A stretch of DNA of 64,000 nucleotides, from assembly GCA_964016885.1 (NCBI GenBank), contig OZ024752.1, positions 40,796,001 through 40,860,000 of the forward strand, read 5' to 3'. The notes beneath the pieces are model-generated. The model saw only the letters and a list, made by a program, of their open reading frames with translations. It had not been told where the DNA came from and ran no database searches. Of this stretch, positions 43,146-57,800 are shown one piece after another. Position 1 is the first letter of the stretch. Each line of letters begins with the position of its first letter. The position numbers and the translations under genes were made by a program. The stretch comes from Eledone cirrhosa (taxonomy: Eukaryota).

Positions 43146-43668
43146 GTCTCAAACAGATTAGTGTCTGTCCTTAGGGCATGAACATACGTTAACCTTGGTC
43201 TTCCTCTTCTAGTGTGTCCATGTAGGGGCTCCCACAGGAGCACTGAGTGCAATGTCAACTCTGGATGTCGGTGAGCTTGTCCAGCTAACCTCAGTCTCCT
43301 CTGTGTCACTTTTGAGAAGACTTTTGGGATGCTCCCATACAGCTCTGAGTTTTTTCATCCTCAGTGTATACTGATTAATGTCCAGAGCCATCCTCAGCAT
43401 TCTCGTGTAGCACCCATCCACCATCTGAGTGAGTTTCTTGGTCAGTGTCCAAGTCTCAGACCCGTACAGCAGCAGAGACTCCACTACAGCCATGAAGAGG
43501 TGGATTTTCAGGTCTTTACGAAGGTCCGACTTCCACACCGATCTCAAGCTGTGCCACGCCGCCCAGGCTTTGCTATTCTTCTCAACCACATGGCAGCGAT
43601 AATGAGGGACAGAGACCGCTGGAGAGAACTCGTCCATGGATCTCGGGAATTTTACCCGCCTTAGATAG
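43145..43668. mobile_element. RTE LINE 3' fragment with 5' inversion
   Basis: 43145-43591 encodes AWAA..VESLLLYGSETWTL..RLAG on the minus strand; 43588-43668 encodes MAAIMRDRDRWRELV..PP* on the plus strand. Confidence 0.9.
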
Positions 43669-43672
43669 ACAG

Positions 43673-43752
<80 letters not shown>

Positions 43753-43796
43753 CAGAATAATAATAAATGAAGACATTCACATAATCAAAATATATG

Positions 43797-43859
43797 TTTT
43801 ATTATATATATTTCGAAGGTACTGTGCTGTTTTTTTCAGTACGTCCTCGTCAGATAAAA
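43797..43859 (-). ncRNA. Complete minimal HHR
   Basis: Reverse complement: TTTTAT-CTGACGA-GGAcGTACTG[aaaaaaacagca]CAGTACcTTC-GAAA-TATATA-TA-ATAAAA, then about 50 nt and (TA)n. Confidence 0.88.
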
Positions 43860-44235
43860 TACATGACTTGATGTATGACATACACCAACGGCTCTGATGG
43901 TTCAATTCCAATATTGGCAGTCTATGAACCTTTCAACCCATGCAGTTTTCAACCGACCCTCGTATAAGACGCGGGCTAGGTTTTATTGACAGTGAGCTAT
44001 GTCTATCCAATGATACAACACTGAGGAAGGTTTAAGAAAAGGGTCCATATCTCGAATGCCAACGCTTCCATAATGTATTGACCGTGGGCTATAAAAGGTC
44101 ATGTATTTAGATTTAACAATAGGTGGTTATTACATAAATGCTAAATGTTATTTCTGATATCGAAAGGCTTTAGAAATCGTTTGTAATGTTACCATACAAC
44201 AATTTCTATCACAAATAAGATTATTACTGTCCTTC

Positions 44236-44267
<32 letters not shown>

Positions 44268-44377
44268 TGTATGTATGTATGTATGTATGTATGTATGTAT
44301 GTATGTATGTATGTATGTATGTATGTATGTATGTATGTATGCATGCATGTATGCATGCATGTATGTATGCATGTATG

Positions 44378-44408
<31 letters not shown>

Positions 44409-44415
44409 GCATCCA

Positions 44416-44492
<77 letters not shown>

Positions 44493-44640
44493 ATATATGT
44501 GTATGTGTGTGTGTATATATATGTATATATATGTGTGTATATAAGTGTATATATATGTTATATGCATATTTATTTTATACGTATATATATATATGTAGCT
44601 ATATAATGTATGTATATATATTATATGCATATATATTATA

Positions 44641-44678
<38 letters not shown>

Positions 44679-44717
44679 CATATATATATGTGTGTGTATA
44701 TATATATATACATATAT

Positions 44718-44748
<31 letters not shown>

Positions 44749-44841
44749 GATATATACACACATACACACCCACACCCACACACACATATACATATATATA
44801 TTATATATATATATATGTATATATATATGTATATATATATA

Positions 44842-44964
<123 letters not shown>

Positions 44965-45375
44965 TATATATATATATATATACGGCATAAAACTTTATGT
45001 TCAACAATATGCTATCGATTTACTAAACTACCAATATCCCATGATATCCCATGATTCTGCTTCGTTATCAAAACATTCTATACAATATCTATACAATATC
45101 TATACAATATCTAAATCTGGGATATCAAAGCCTAATAAACATAGATTGATATCTCTATATTACAATATTCTAATTACATTATAACTATAGAACACACTTG
45201 AAATACTGAAATCTCAATTGGTTCGTCTTTGAAGCATGGCAAATATCCATGATCCCAATAGAGCATTCATACACACACACAAACATATACGCACACAGAC
45301 ACACACATACACGCATACATATGCGCACACACATATATACACATATACACATGTATACATACATATGTACATACA

Positions 45376-45418
<43 letters not shown>

Positions 45419-45462
45419 AAGTTAAATAAAAGTCAAATGATTAAAATTTAGCTTCGTTTATT

Positions 45463-45517
45463 ACTGCTATATATATTTCAGTGACAGCCATCTTTGGCTG
45501 TGACCTCTTCAAGCAGT
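45463..45517 (-). ncRNA. Minimal HHR (core C3 to U)
   Basis: Reverse complement: ACTGC-TTGAAGA-GGTcACAGCCA[aaga]TGGCTGTcACT-GAAA-TATATA-TA-GCAGT. Confidence 0.8.
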
Positions 45518-45720
45518 TTGAATTAGTATGGTATAGACAAGTACATATGTTGCTTAGGTGTATAATATTGTCAATACTCTGATATGCCCAGTTCCTGGTT
45601 GGGTTGTTATTCCACTGAGGAACTGGAATAACAACCCAACCAGGAACTATGCATATCAGAGTATTGACAATATTATACACCTAAACAACATATGTACTTG
45701 TCTATACCATACTAATTCAA

Positions 45721-45775
45721 ACTGCCCGAAGAGGTCACAGCCAAAGATGGCTGTCACTGAAATATATATAGCAGT
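45721..45775 (+). ncRNA. Minimal HHR (core U4 to C)
   Basis: ACTGC-CCGAAGA-GGTcACAGCCA[aaga]TGGCTGTcACT-GAAA-TATATA-TA-GCAGT. Confidence 0.8.
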
Positions 45776-45819
45776 AATAAACGAAGCTAAATTTTAATCA
45801 TTTGACTTTTATTTAACTT

Positions 45820-45860
<41 letters not shown>

Positions 45861-46052
45861 TGTATGTATCAGTGCTCTGAAATAGCGGTGTATGTATGAA
45901 TGTATCTATAGAATATTTGATAATATACTGTATGTTTATTTAAAAACACTTTGAAGACAATTCACTATGAGTTTTAAAGTATATATATACACACATACAC
46001 ACATACAGACACATACACACACACATTCACACACACACACGCATACACACAT

Positions 46053-46085
<33 letters not shown>

Positions 46086-46221
46086 GATATAGATATAATA
46101 ATAAATACAAAGACCAAAATTTGAAAAGGACTCGATGAGAGGTAAGAACTTGCTTATGGTGAATACAGTAATTTATGGCTTAAACGTTTAATCTGTACTA
46201 CTACTACTACTACTACTACTG

Positions 46222-46263
<42 letters not shown>

Positions 46264-46324
46264 ATACTACTATAAATACACACACACACACACACGCACA
46301 TATATATATATATGTATATATATT

Positions 46325-46470
46325 TAATATAGAAATGGCTTCTACAGGACTAGAACTTTTTCATTCACCCGGATGAAACAGTTCTAGTCCTGTAGAAGCC
46401 ATTTCTATATTAGAATTAAAAAATATTTATACTCTGCTATGTATTGAGTACCCTACTTACTGTGGTTACT
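46325..46470 (+). mobile_element. Fold-back pLTR element pivoting at HHR stem II (same family as 41509)
   Basis: Inverted repeat 46325-46412 centred on ttcattc-accc-ggatgaa; tail tactctgctatgtattgagtacc. Confidence 0.75.
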
Positions 46471-46473
46471 GTG

Positions 46474-46529
<56 letters not shown>

Positions 46530-47237
46530 TATGAGTATGTGTGGTAGGTATTTATAATTAATTCACGGGTAGAATCGATGAAGGGGTCAAGGTTTGAATG
46601 AGAGGAAAAAATATGATTGAACGAATGAAAGAATGGAAGTATGAAAGAATTAAGGAATATAGGAATAAAGGACTGAATGGTTGACAGTACTTGCTGGCTA
46701 ACCAATTTCCTCATCGAATGATTTAATTATATATAATTACCATAGAGATATATCTATATATATATAATGTACTAGCATTAAGCCAGAACATTTCCCAATG
46801 AAACAATAACAGAGCTAAATGATATTAGTACCGAAATACCACAGAACGTAAGCATAATATGTTAAGAACGTGATGTGGTTATGACTCAGCTAAAACTCCA
46901 AGTGAATAATTTTCAAATTTCTCAAATCAACAGAAGTAGACATAAATAGCCGACGATAAAATCAGAATACTAACCTAGATCCTCGTGCATGTGTTTTATT
47001 TTGTATTTTTTTGTTGTGAATGCAGAGAGAAACCAGATCGATTGAAAATGTTATCAATAGGCTAGCAAATAATTGAGAACGAGCTACATCTTGCTGTTAG
47101 CTGTGAGCAGTAAGCGAGCAAAAAATAGAATATACTGTAAGAAAACAAGGATCCTGATTTAGTTAGAATACACTGGGACCAATGCAGTAAAATTTATTTG
47201 TCAACTTGATACCATCACGGGTTGTAAATATACAATG

Positions 47238-47452
47238 GGTTCTTATATAGGCACAAGGTCAGCAATTTTGGGGGAAGGGAAAGTCGATTAAATCGACCCC
47301 AGTGCGTAGCTGGTACTTTATTTTATCGACTCCATAAGGATGAAAGGCAAAGTTAAGCTCGGCGGGATTTGAAATCAGATCATAAAGGGCCGTAACTCTA
47401 TATGTCAAAGCATGGCGTCCAATCCCCTACCGATACTGCCAATCAACCACCC
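47238..47452 (-). mobile_element. SINE family A (longer 3' variant)
   Basis: Reverse complement has A/B boxes and core. Confidence 0.85.
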
Positions 47453-47925
47453 TAAGCCAATCCACCCCGTTTGATAATGCAACAAATATGAATTCTCGCT
47501 ATTCTTCGCTGTTCTGAAAACCACGTGACCATTATAAAGGGTGTATCTTGTTACCCAATCGTTGTGGATATATGGATATATGGATATCAGATATCAACAA
47601 GAGGAGAGAGATAACAATGATAGGGCCATCTGGATAAAATGTATGTATGTCATGTGACCTCGTCTGATTGAAATAGCGTGTAATTTAATCTTTACGGTTT
47701 AGTTTGCACACATATATACACACATACACATATATATATACACACACACACTCTCATACACTCACATATACACATACCGACACACACTCATACACATATA
47801 TACTAATACACTCGCCCATACACACACATACTAACACACACTCATAAACATATATAGTCACACATACGCCCATACACATACAGCCACACATGTAAACATT
47901 CATACATACTTACATGTGTACATTC

Positions 47926-47990
<65 letters not shown>

Positions 47991-48067
47991 CACACAGATG
48001 TGCACACACATATATATATATTTATACATATATATACACATGTGTATATATATATGTGTGTGTGTAG

Positions 48068-48153
<86 letters not shown>

Positions 48154-48297
48154 CTATATATATGTATATATATATATATCTAATTATATATATATATATA
48201 TATCCGCGTGAAACTAATACTAATAACATTCGTACCGCCTCTTCGTTTTTCTGTTTTTTGTTCTCTGTTTATTTATTAAACTATATATATATACACA

Positions 48298-48442
<145 letters not shown>

Positions 48443-48501
48443 ATTTATATATATATATATATATGTGTGTATATATATGTGTGTGTATGTGTGTGTGTGT
48501 G

Positions 48502-48538
<37 letters not shown>

Positions 48539-49629
48539 CAAATAAACAAAGAAATTGTGAATCACAAATGGGAAGCTGTGATAAATACACAGAAAAACGG
48601 CAAAATAATGCTGAAACATGGCGGCCATCTTGTTTCATTCCCTTTGTCTTTTTGCCAATCTAATAACGTCTAATGAATCTGGTTGTAATTTTCTCTTCAA
48701 ATATGTTCTTAATGTTTGCAAACATACGTCACCAACAGAGGCTACACAACCAGCAATAGCAAATGTAGTAAGTCCTAACAAACATGTTAACATACTCGCA
48801 ATTCTGACTAATTTTGCTGCAGGCAACCTCACCTTTCTCCTTTCCTTGTTTGGCTTAGTTATTATTTCAAAACTTTCGTTGTTTGGGTCAGGGATTCGCG
48901 CGCAGGGCACACACACACACACACACCCGCCCACACACACACACATGCACACACACACACACACACACACACAGACGCACACAGACACACACACAGACAC
49001 ACACACAAGCACACATACACCTAGATTTGCATGTATGCGCGTATGTGTCTCTATATGCGTGTATTTGTCTATACAGCATGGGCCCCATACATTGTTCATA
49101 CATTTTGAAAATAAAATGTCTATATACTGTTTAACCTACCACAACCCCATATAGAATATAAATATAATATAATATAATATAATATAATATAATATAATAT
49201 AATATAATATAATATAATATAATATAATATATAATATAAAGATAATATAAATATAATATAAATATAATATATAATATAAATAAAATATAAATATAATATA
49301 CATATAATATATAATATAAATAAAATATAAAATATAAAATATAAAATATATACCATAACTCCATATAGAATATAAATATAATATAATATAATATAATATA
49401 ATATAATATAATATAATATAATATAATATAATATAATATAATATAATATAATATTATATATAATATAATATAAATATAATATAAATATAATATAATATAT
49501 AATATAAATAACATATAAATATAATATACATATAATATATGATATAAATAAAATATAAAATATATACCACAACCCCATATAGAATATAAATATAATATAA
49601 TATAATATAATATAATATAATATAAATAT

Positions 49630-49818
49630 AATTGTTTCTACATTTGGCACAAGGCCAGCAATTACTCCAGTGTATTACTGGTACTTTATTTTATCGACCC
49701 CGTAAGGATGAAAGGCAAAGTTAACCTCGGCGGGATTTGAACTCAGTCCGTAAAGGGACGTAACTGTGCTGCAAAGCATGGCGTCCGACCCTCCACCGAT
49801 ACTGCCAATCCACCGCCT
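49630..49818 (-). mobile_element. SINE family A inside an (ATATA)n tract (about 49150-49920)
   Basis: Complete unit; a 3' fragment lies at about 49922-50002. Confidence 0.9.
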
Positions 49819-50098
49819 TATATTTATATTATATAAATATAATATAAATATAATATAAATAAAATATAATATATAATATAATATAAATATGATATAAATC
49901 TATATATAATATCTAATATAATGATTTCTACTATAGGCACAAGGCCAGCAATATCGGGTGGAGGGGAAATATCGATTAAATCAACCCCAGTACATTACTG
50001 GACACCAACTCATTCAGCATGTCATAAGTAAATTAAGAACTCGTCTTATGGATTGAGTGTTCTTACCGTTACATATTTCTACCACATTTTTACTAGAG

Positions 50099-50130
<32 letters not shown>

Positions 50131-50132
50131 TG

Positions 50133-50167
<35 letters not shown>

Positions 50168-50218
50168 GTACATGTATATATATATATACATGTATATATA
50201 TATGTATATATGTATATA

Positions 50219-50299
<81 letters not shown>

Positions 50300-50302
50300 G
50301 TA

Positions 50303-50372
<70 letters not shown>

Positions 50373-50417
50373 TACTCTTTTACTCTTTTACCTGTTTCAG
50401 CCATCCGGCTGAGCCCA

Positions 50418-51232
<815 letters not shown>

Positions 51233-51754
51233 GAGATAAAAATGAAGAAGAAAAGAACATTAGTTCCAATAGCTTTGAAATCGTAATATTAACTTGGCGT
51301 GCTACGCCGACGACTATTGAAATTGTGACGACTAAAATGATAGCGCCTGTCATTCTATTTTCTTGTATAAGTTGCTGGCAAGTAAAATGGCCGCTAAGTC
51401 CACTCAGTTCTGATTCATTGATGAAACCTTTCTTACGTCACTTATGCGGCAAATACACTTGAAGTTGGCATGAACTTAACAATGTGTACCGGCACATCAA
51501 ATGAAATGACAATGAAATAAAAATACTGAACATGATATTTATACAGGTCAAAATTTGTTATAAGTTAGTATTACTTTGAGAGATACGGCAGCTGGTTGTT
51601 TAACTGTAAACAAGAACCATAAGTGCTTCAGATTCTTCTGGAAGTTATGTAAACACACACATACATACACCTACATGGAATAAACACATATATGCATGCA
51701 CACACATGCATATACATACACGGAATAAACACATATGCGTGTTATGTTTGGACT

Positions 51755-52208
51755 AGGGTCAACTGAAAAGTTCATAGCCTGACCAAAACACTCTCATGGA
51801 TTGACCAAATGAGGTTTATTTTTCAACATAATCTCTGGAAGGAAACAATGCAGATATTATTAATAAGAAGAGTTGGAATTAATAGATGCAAGATTTCAGA
51901 GCTCTAGCATCACTGCTTCATATGCTGACCAAGATACTCTCATGGTATGACCAAATGAGGTTTATTTTTCAACATAATCTCTGGAAGGAAACAATGCAGT
52001 TATTAATAAGAAGAGTTGGAATTAATACATGCAAGATTTCAGAGCTCTAGCATCACTGCTTCATATGCTGACCAAGATACTCTCATGGTATGACTAAATG
52101 AGGTTTATTTTTCAACATAGCCACCAGAAGGAAACGGTTCAGATATTAATAAGAAGAGTTGGAATTAATACATGCAAAATTTCACAGCTCTAGCATCACT
52201 CCTTCATA
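51755..52208 (+). mobile_element. Mariner-like terminal sequence amplified as 3 x about 144-bp tandem repeat
   Basis: agggtcaactgaaaagttcatagcctgacc...gaccaaatgaggtttatttttcaacata resembles mariner ends; three units. Confidence 0.6.
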
Positions 52209-52489
52209 GTCAGAATATGTTGGCAAGTTTCGCTCTTTGGGAATATAGATATCTTCCGCTCGCCCAGCGACCTACAAACAGATTCTTCTAAGCTCTTTTA
52301 AGAATAAGAAATAGCCTGTTGGTCAGAGTAGGACACTTCTTGTAGACTTAGTATGGCGTTCCATTTAGGCCTGGGGCACTCATAGATCGTGATTTTTCGT
52401 AATGAAGTCTCCGATTTCCTTTATTCGAAGGTCACCGAGGTCAAATTTTGCTCCGGCTGCTTTGATAGCCCTAAAATTGGTGACACATG

Positions 52490-53105
52490 GATATCTAAGG
52501 CGGGTAAAATTCCCGACATCCATGGACGAGTTCTCTCCAGCGGTCTCTGTCCCTCATTATCGCTGCCATGTCCTGCGTCTCCAACAGACCAGTGTCTGTC
52601 CTTAAAGCATCAACATACGTTAATCTTGGTCTTCCTCTTCTAGTGTGTCCATGTAGGGGCTCCCACAGGAACACTGAGTGCAATGTCAACTCTGGATGTC
52701 GGTGAGCATGTCCAGCTAACCTCAGTCTCCTTTGTGTCACTTTTGAGCTGACTTTTGGGATGCTCCCATACAGCTCTGAGTTTTTCATCCTCAGTGTATA
52801 CTGATTAATGTTCAGAGCCATCCTCAGCATTCTCGTGTAGCGCCCATCCACCATCTGAGTGAGTTTCTTGGTCAGTGTCCAAGTCTCAGACCCGTACAGC
52901 AGCACAGACTCCACTACAGCAATGAAGAAGCGGATTTTCAGGTCTTTACGAAGGTCCGGCTTCCACACCGATCTCAAGCTGTGGCACGCCGCCCAGGCTT
53001 TGCTCTTCCTCTCAACCACATCATCTTCCGTATTCCTAATCTTTGCTCTCAAATACAGGAAGCCCTCAACCAATTCTAGCGGCTTCCCACCTACATTAGT
53101 GATCC
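52490..53105 (-). mobile_element. RTE-clade LINE, RT C-terminal part to 3' end
   Basis: PLELVEGFLYL..KAWAACHSLRSVW..VESVLLYGSETWTLT..RRLRLAGH..RGRPRLTYVD..DRDRWR. Confidence 0.92.
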
Positions 53106-53139
53106 CCTCTGGCTTCTCAACATTCTCTACCACATGGAT

Positions 53140-53345
53140 ATCTCGCAGATTATATCTCTATACACATTACACAAGTGTGACTACAATTCTTCCTTGCTGT
53201 ATGTCAGGTCACCAGTTCTGTTCTCCTGGAACAGCCTGTTAGCATAATTGTAAGAATCTTTCAATGAACTTCCTTCACCACTTTCAGCTGAGCCGCCTTT
53301 TTACCTTTCTTCTCTCAATTTGCTTCAGTCGTCACAGGCGCTTCT
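53140..53345 (-). mobile_element. Decayed R2/Hero-like non-LTR fragment (pre-RT region)
   Basis: RLKQIERRK..KFI/KDSYNYANRLFQENRTGDLTYSKEEL*SHLCNVYRD, with a frameshift and stops. Confidence 0.55.
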
Positions 53346-53469
53346 TAAAACCATTGAACAGCATTTTCAAAGGTGCATTTTCTACTTCCCTTGCCTCAAA
53401 CCATCAGCTTCTCGGGCGAGAGAGATGGAGGCGATGACAGTGAGAGTTCGGCTCTTCCGTGTTCGGACC

Positions 53470-53620
53470 ATACTCACGACCAGAGGCGCTGAGCTGGCCA
53501 GCCGCATTTGTGAGCCTCGCGAGCTGGAATGGCTTTTCCAGCGCGTCTCCCTTGCCGTCCTGCGAGGAAACGCCTTCTCCATTCTGTTCTCCGGGGCTAT
53601 GGGGAGGCCATCAATATGAT
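53470..53620 (+). mobile_element. CRE-clade non-LTR endonuclease C-terminus
   Basis: GAELASRICEPRELEWLFQRVSLAVLRGNAFSIL. Confidence 0.8.
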
Positions 53621-53778
53621 TGACTGACTTGTCATTTTATCAGTCAACTGTTGCTGGCGTTAACAAATTAATGTATCAACACGTTATTGTTAGAGACGGA
53701 AATAGGGCAGCGACTAAATTTCTGACTTTCTCTCCAGAAATCATTTGTGAAAAAAAAAAACAATACATATATGCATTC

Positions 53779-54380
53779 TTCTGGAGAAGGCGTTTCCCCG
53801 GAGGACGGCAAGGGAGATGCCAAGGGAGACGAGCCATTCCAGCTCACGAGGCTCACACCTGCGGCTGGCCAGCTCAGCGCCTATGGTGGTGAATAGGGAG
53901 GTAGCCCTAGAGCCAAGGACACCAGAAGTCTCCACTGCCAAGGGCACGACCGCAAACCTGTCGGAGAGCAACCGGTACTTGCAGCTCAGTGCCTATGGTG
54001 GTGAATAGGGAGGTAGCCCTAGGGCCAAGGACACCAGAAGTCTCCACTGCCAAGGGCACGACCGCAAACCTGTCGGAGAGCAACCGGTACTTGCAGCTCA
54101 GTGCCTATGGTGGTGAATAGGGAGGTAGCCCTAGGGCCAAGGACACCAGAAGTCTCTACTGCCAAGGGCACGACCGCAAACCTGTCGGAGAGCAACCGGT
54201 ACTTGCAGCTCAGTGCCTATGGTGGTGAATAGGGAGGTAGCCCTAGGGCCTAGGACACCAGAAGTCTCTACTGCCAAGGGCACGACCGCAAACCTGTCGG
54301 AGAGCGACCGGTACTTGGAGAGTTTGGTCTCCTCAGCCCTACGTGCAGCAGAACCTGGGTTAGTCACAGGCTGCACCAGG
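53779..54380 (-). mobile_element. CRE-clade endonuclease fragment with 4 x 112-bp internal tandem repeat (53870-54317)
   Basis: GSAARRAEETKLSKYRSLSDRFAVVPLAVETSGVLG..LAVLRGNAFS. Confidence 0.85.
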
Positions 54381-54706
54381 TTGCGGTGGTTGTGTTTATT
54401 ATCTACAGAAACATAAAAGAGAAAAACATCTTTGTTTTTAAGTTATTTTAATCAACAACTCCGCAACAGTTTGAGTCTAACTATGATAATGGGTTCTCCT
54501 CCCTTCTTATCCCTATCCATCTTCACCTCTTCTATGAATCGACTCCTCCTCTTTGTGCCTCATGGCACATTCTTCTTCCCATCTCTACGTGGTTTGTTAA
54601 ACATTTTCTCACCTGTCAGGTAGATCGAATAGATAAGCATTTGGAGCGCTTCTTCCACTGACAGTCCCGTCTTCATTTTACCTTTCAAACTCCTCTTGTA
54701 GGGAAT

Positions 54707-54714
54707 ACTACTAG

Positions 54715-54747
<33 letters not shown>

Positions 54748-54773
54748 CACTACTACTACTATTACTACTACTA

Positions 54774-54845
<72 letters not shown>

Positions 54846-54850
54846 TACTA

Positions 54851-54908
<58 letters not shown>

Positions 54909-54964
54909 CATCACCACCACTACTACCACTACTACCACCACTACTACTACTACTACTACTGCTG

Positions 54965-55007
<43 letters not shown>

Positions 55008-55031
55008 CGGTACTACTACTACTATTACTAT

Positions 55032-55082
<51 letters not shown>

Positions 55083-55085
55083 CGG

Positions 55086-55154
<69 letters not shown>

Positions 55155-55772
55155 CACTGCGGTTATTAACTGTCCTTATATGTTCAGCTGTTGTTTTAAT
55201 GTAAAACTGTTCTGGTTCTGGTAAAACAACAAAATAATTATATTTATCTAGCTGTGGTGTTGATGTATCACCATAGTTATAGATGTCGCTCTAACTTGGT
55301 GGTGGTGGTGGTGGTGTGGTGTGGTGGTGGTGTGGTGGTGGTGTGGTGGTGGTGTGGTGTGGTGGTGGTGTGGTGGTGGTGTGGTGGTGGTAGTGTGGTG
55401 GTGGTGTGGTGGTGGTGTGGTGTTGATGTATCACCATAGTTATAGATGTCGCTCTAACTTGGTGGTGGTGTGGTGTGGTGTGGTGGTGTGGTGTGGTGGT
55501 GGTGGTGTGGTGTGGTGGTGGTGGTGGTGTGGTGGTGGTGGTGTGGTGTGGTGGTGTGGTGGTGGTGGTGTGGTGGTGGTGTGGTGGTGGTGGTGTGGTG
55601 GTGGTGGTGGTGGTGGTGTTGTGGTGGTGGTGTGGTGGTGGTGGTGTGATGTTGGTGGTGGTGTTGGTGTGGTGGTGGTGGTGGTGTGGTGGTGGTGGTG
55701 TGGTGTTGGTGGTGGTGGTGGTGGTGGTGGTGTGTGGTGGTGTGGTGTGGTGGTGGTGGTGTGGTGTGGTAA

Positions 55773-55803
<31 letters not shown>

Positions 55804-56659
55804 GGTGGTGGTGTGGTGGTGGTGGTGTGGTGGTGTGGTGGTGGTGGTGGTGTGGTGTGGTGGTGGTAGTGTGGTGGTGGTGTGGTGGTGGTGGTGTGGT
55901 GTTGATGTATCACCATAGTTATAGATGTCGCTCTAACTTGGTGGTGGTGGTGGTGGTGTGGTGGTGGTGTGGTGGTGTGGTGGTGGTGTGGTGGTGTGGT
56001 GGTGTGGTGGTGTGGTGGTGGTGGTGGTGTGGTGGTGTGGTGTGGTGTGGTGTGGTGGTGGTGGTGTGGTGGTGGTGGTGTGGTGGTGTTGGTGTGGTGT
56101 GGTGTGGTGTGGTGGTGGTAGTGTGGTGGTGGTGGTGGTGTGGTGTTGGTGGTGGTGGTGGTGGTGGTGGTGGTGTGGTGGTGTGGTGTGGTGGTGGTGG
56201 TGTGGTGTGGTGATGTTGTTGTTGTTGGTGGTGGTGGTGGTGGTGGTGGCGGTGGTGGTGATGGTGGTGGCGGTGTTGGTGGTAGTGTGTTGGTGGTGGT
56301 GGTGGTGTGGTGGTGGTGGTGTTGGTGGTGGTGGTGTTAGTGGTGGTGGTGGTGGTGGTGGTGGTGTGGTGTTGGTGGTGGTGGTGGTGGTGGTGTTAGT
56401 GGTGGTGGTGGTGGTGTGGTGTTGGTGGTGGTGGTGTGGTGGTGGTGGTGGTGGTGGTGGTGGTGGTGGTGGTGGTGGTGTGGTGTGGTGGTGTTGGTGG
56501 TGGTGGTGGTGGTGGTGTGGTGGTGGTGGTGTGGTGGTGGTGGTGGTGTTAGTGGTGGTGGTGGTGGTGGTGGTGGTGGTGTTAGTGGTGGTGGTGGTGG
56601 TGGTGGTGTTGGTGGTGGTGGTGGTGGTGGTGGTGGTGGTGGTGGTGGTGTCGTTGTTG

Positions 56660-56693
<34 letters not shown>

Positions 56694-56720
56694 TGTTGTT
56701 GGTGGTTGTGTTGTTGTTGT
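54707..56720. repeat. (TAC)n tract 54707-55157 and (GGT/GGTGT)n tract 55297-56720 with three embedded cassettes of about 40 nt
   Basis: Cassette gttgatgtatcaccatagttatagatgtcgctctaactt at about 55259, 55422 and 55901. Confidence 0.92.
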
Positions 56721-56820
56721 TTTTGTTGTAGTTGATGCTGTTTTTGTAATAGTTCTTGTAGATATAGTTGTTCATTTTCTACATCTTTTCTTTCCCTTCA
56801 GTTAGTCCTGCTGTTGCTGC

Positions 56821-56881
<61 letters not shown>

Positions 56882-56996
56882 ATTCTCTTTCCATCTCCAT
56901 CTTCTATCCCTCCTCCTCTTCAGCCAGTTCTCTACAGACAGTTCTGTTGTCGTTATTGTTGTTGTTGTCTTAGTTGTTGTAGTTGTTGTAGTGATT

Positions 56997-57037
<41 letters not shown>

Positions 57038-57346
57038 CTTGGTTGTTGTAGTTGTTGTAGTGATTATTGTTGTTGTTGTTGTTGTTGTTATTTTTGTTAT
57101 TCTCTTTCCATCTCCATCTTCTATCTCTCCTCCTCTTCAGCCAGTTCTCTTCAGTCAGTCCTCTTCCTAGCTATGTGTTTATCCAACGAATCTGCCGCCC
57201 TAATTGTTATGAAAATAGTTTTCTTTCATATAAACACATTGTTTTTTCACAAATGTAAGTAATTTTCGTTTCCATTCTCTCTATTTTCCTGGATATTGAC
57301 TCTTGTAATTGTTTATGCGATTTCCTACATCACCCCCTTCATTCCT

Positions 57347-57413
<67 letters not shown>

Positions 57414-57519
57414 CTCCTTCCCTTGGTAACTCTCTCTCCTTTTCACTTGCTTACTCACCCTCATTCTCTCCATTTTAGCTCATTCTCTCTTGCCCTGTCT
57501 GTTTATCCATCAAACTATA

Positions 57520-57564
<45 letters not shown>

Positions 57565-57734
57565 TTCTAAACACACACTCTCTCTCTATATATATATATA
57601 TCTCTCTCTCTTCTTCTCTCTCTCTACACACACACTCTCCCGCTCTCTCTATATATCTCTTTCTTCTTCCCTACACACACACATACTTTCCCTCTCTCCC
57701 GCTCTCTCTATATCTCTCTCTTCTTCCCTATACA

Positions 57735-57800
<66 letters not shown>

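Larger units (their letters stand above)
45415..45823. mobile_element. Near-perfect fold-back with 200-bp arms in (TA)n
   Basis: Arms 45415-45614 / 45624-45823 with a 9-nt spacer. Confidence 0.85.
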
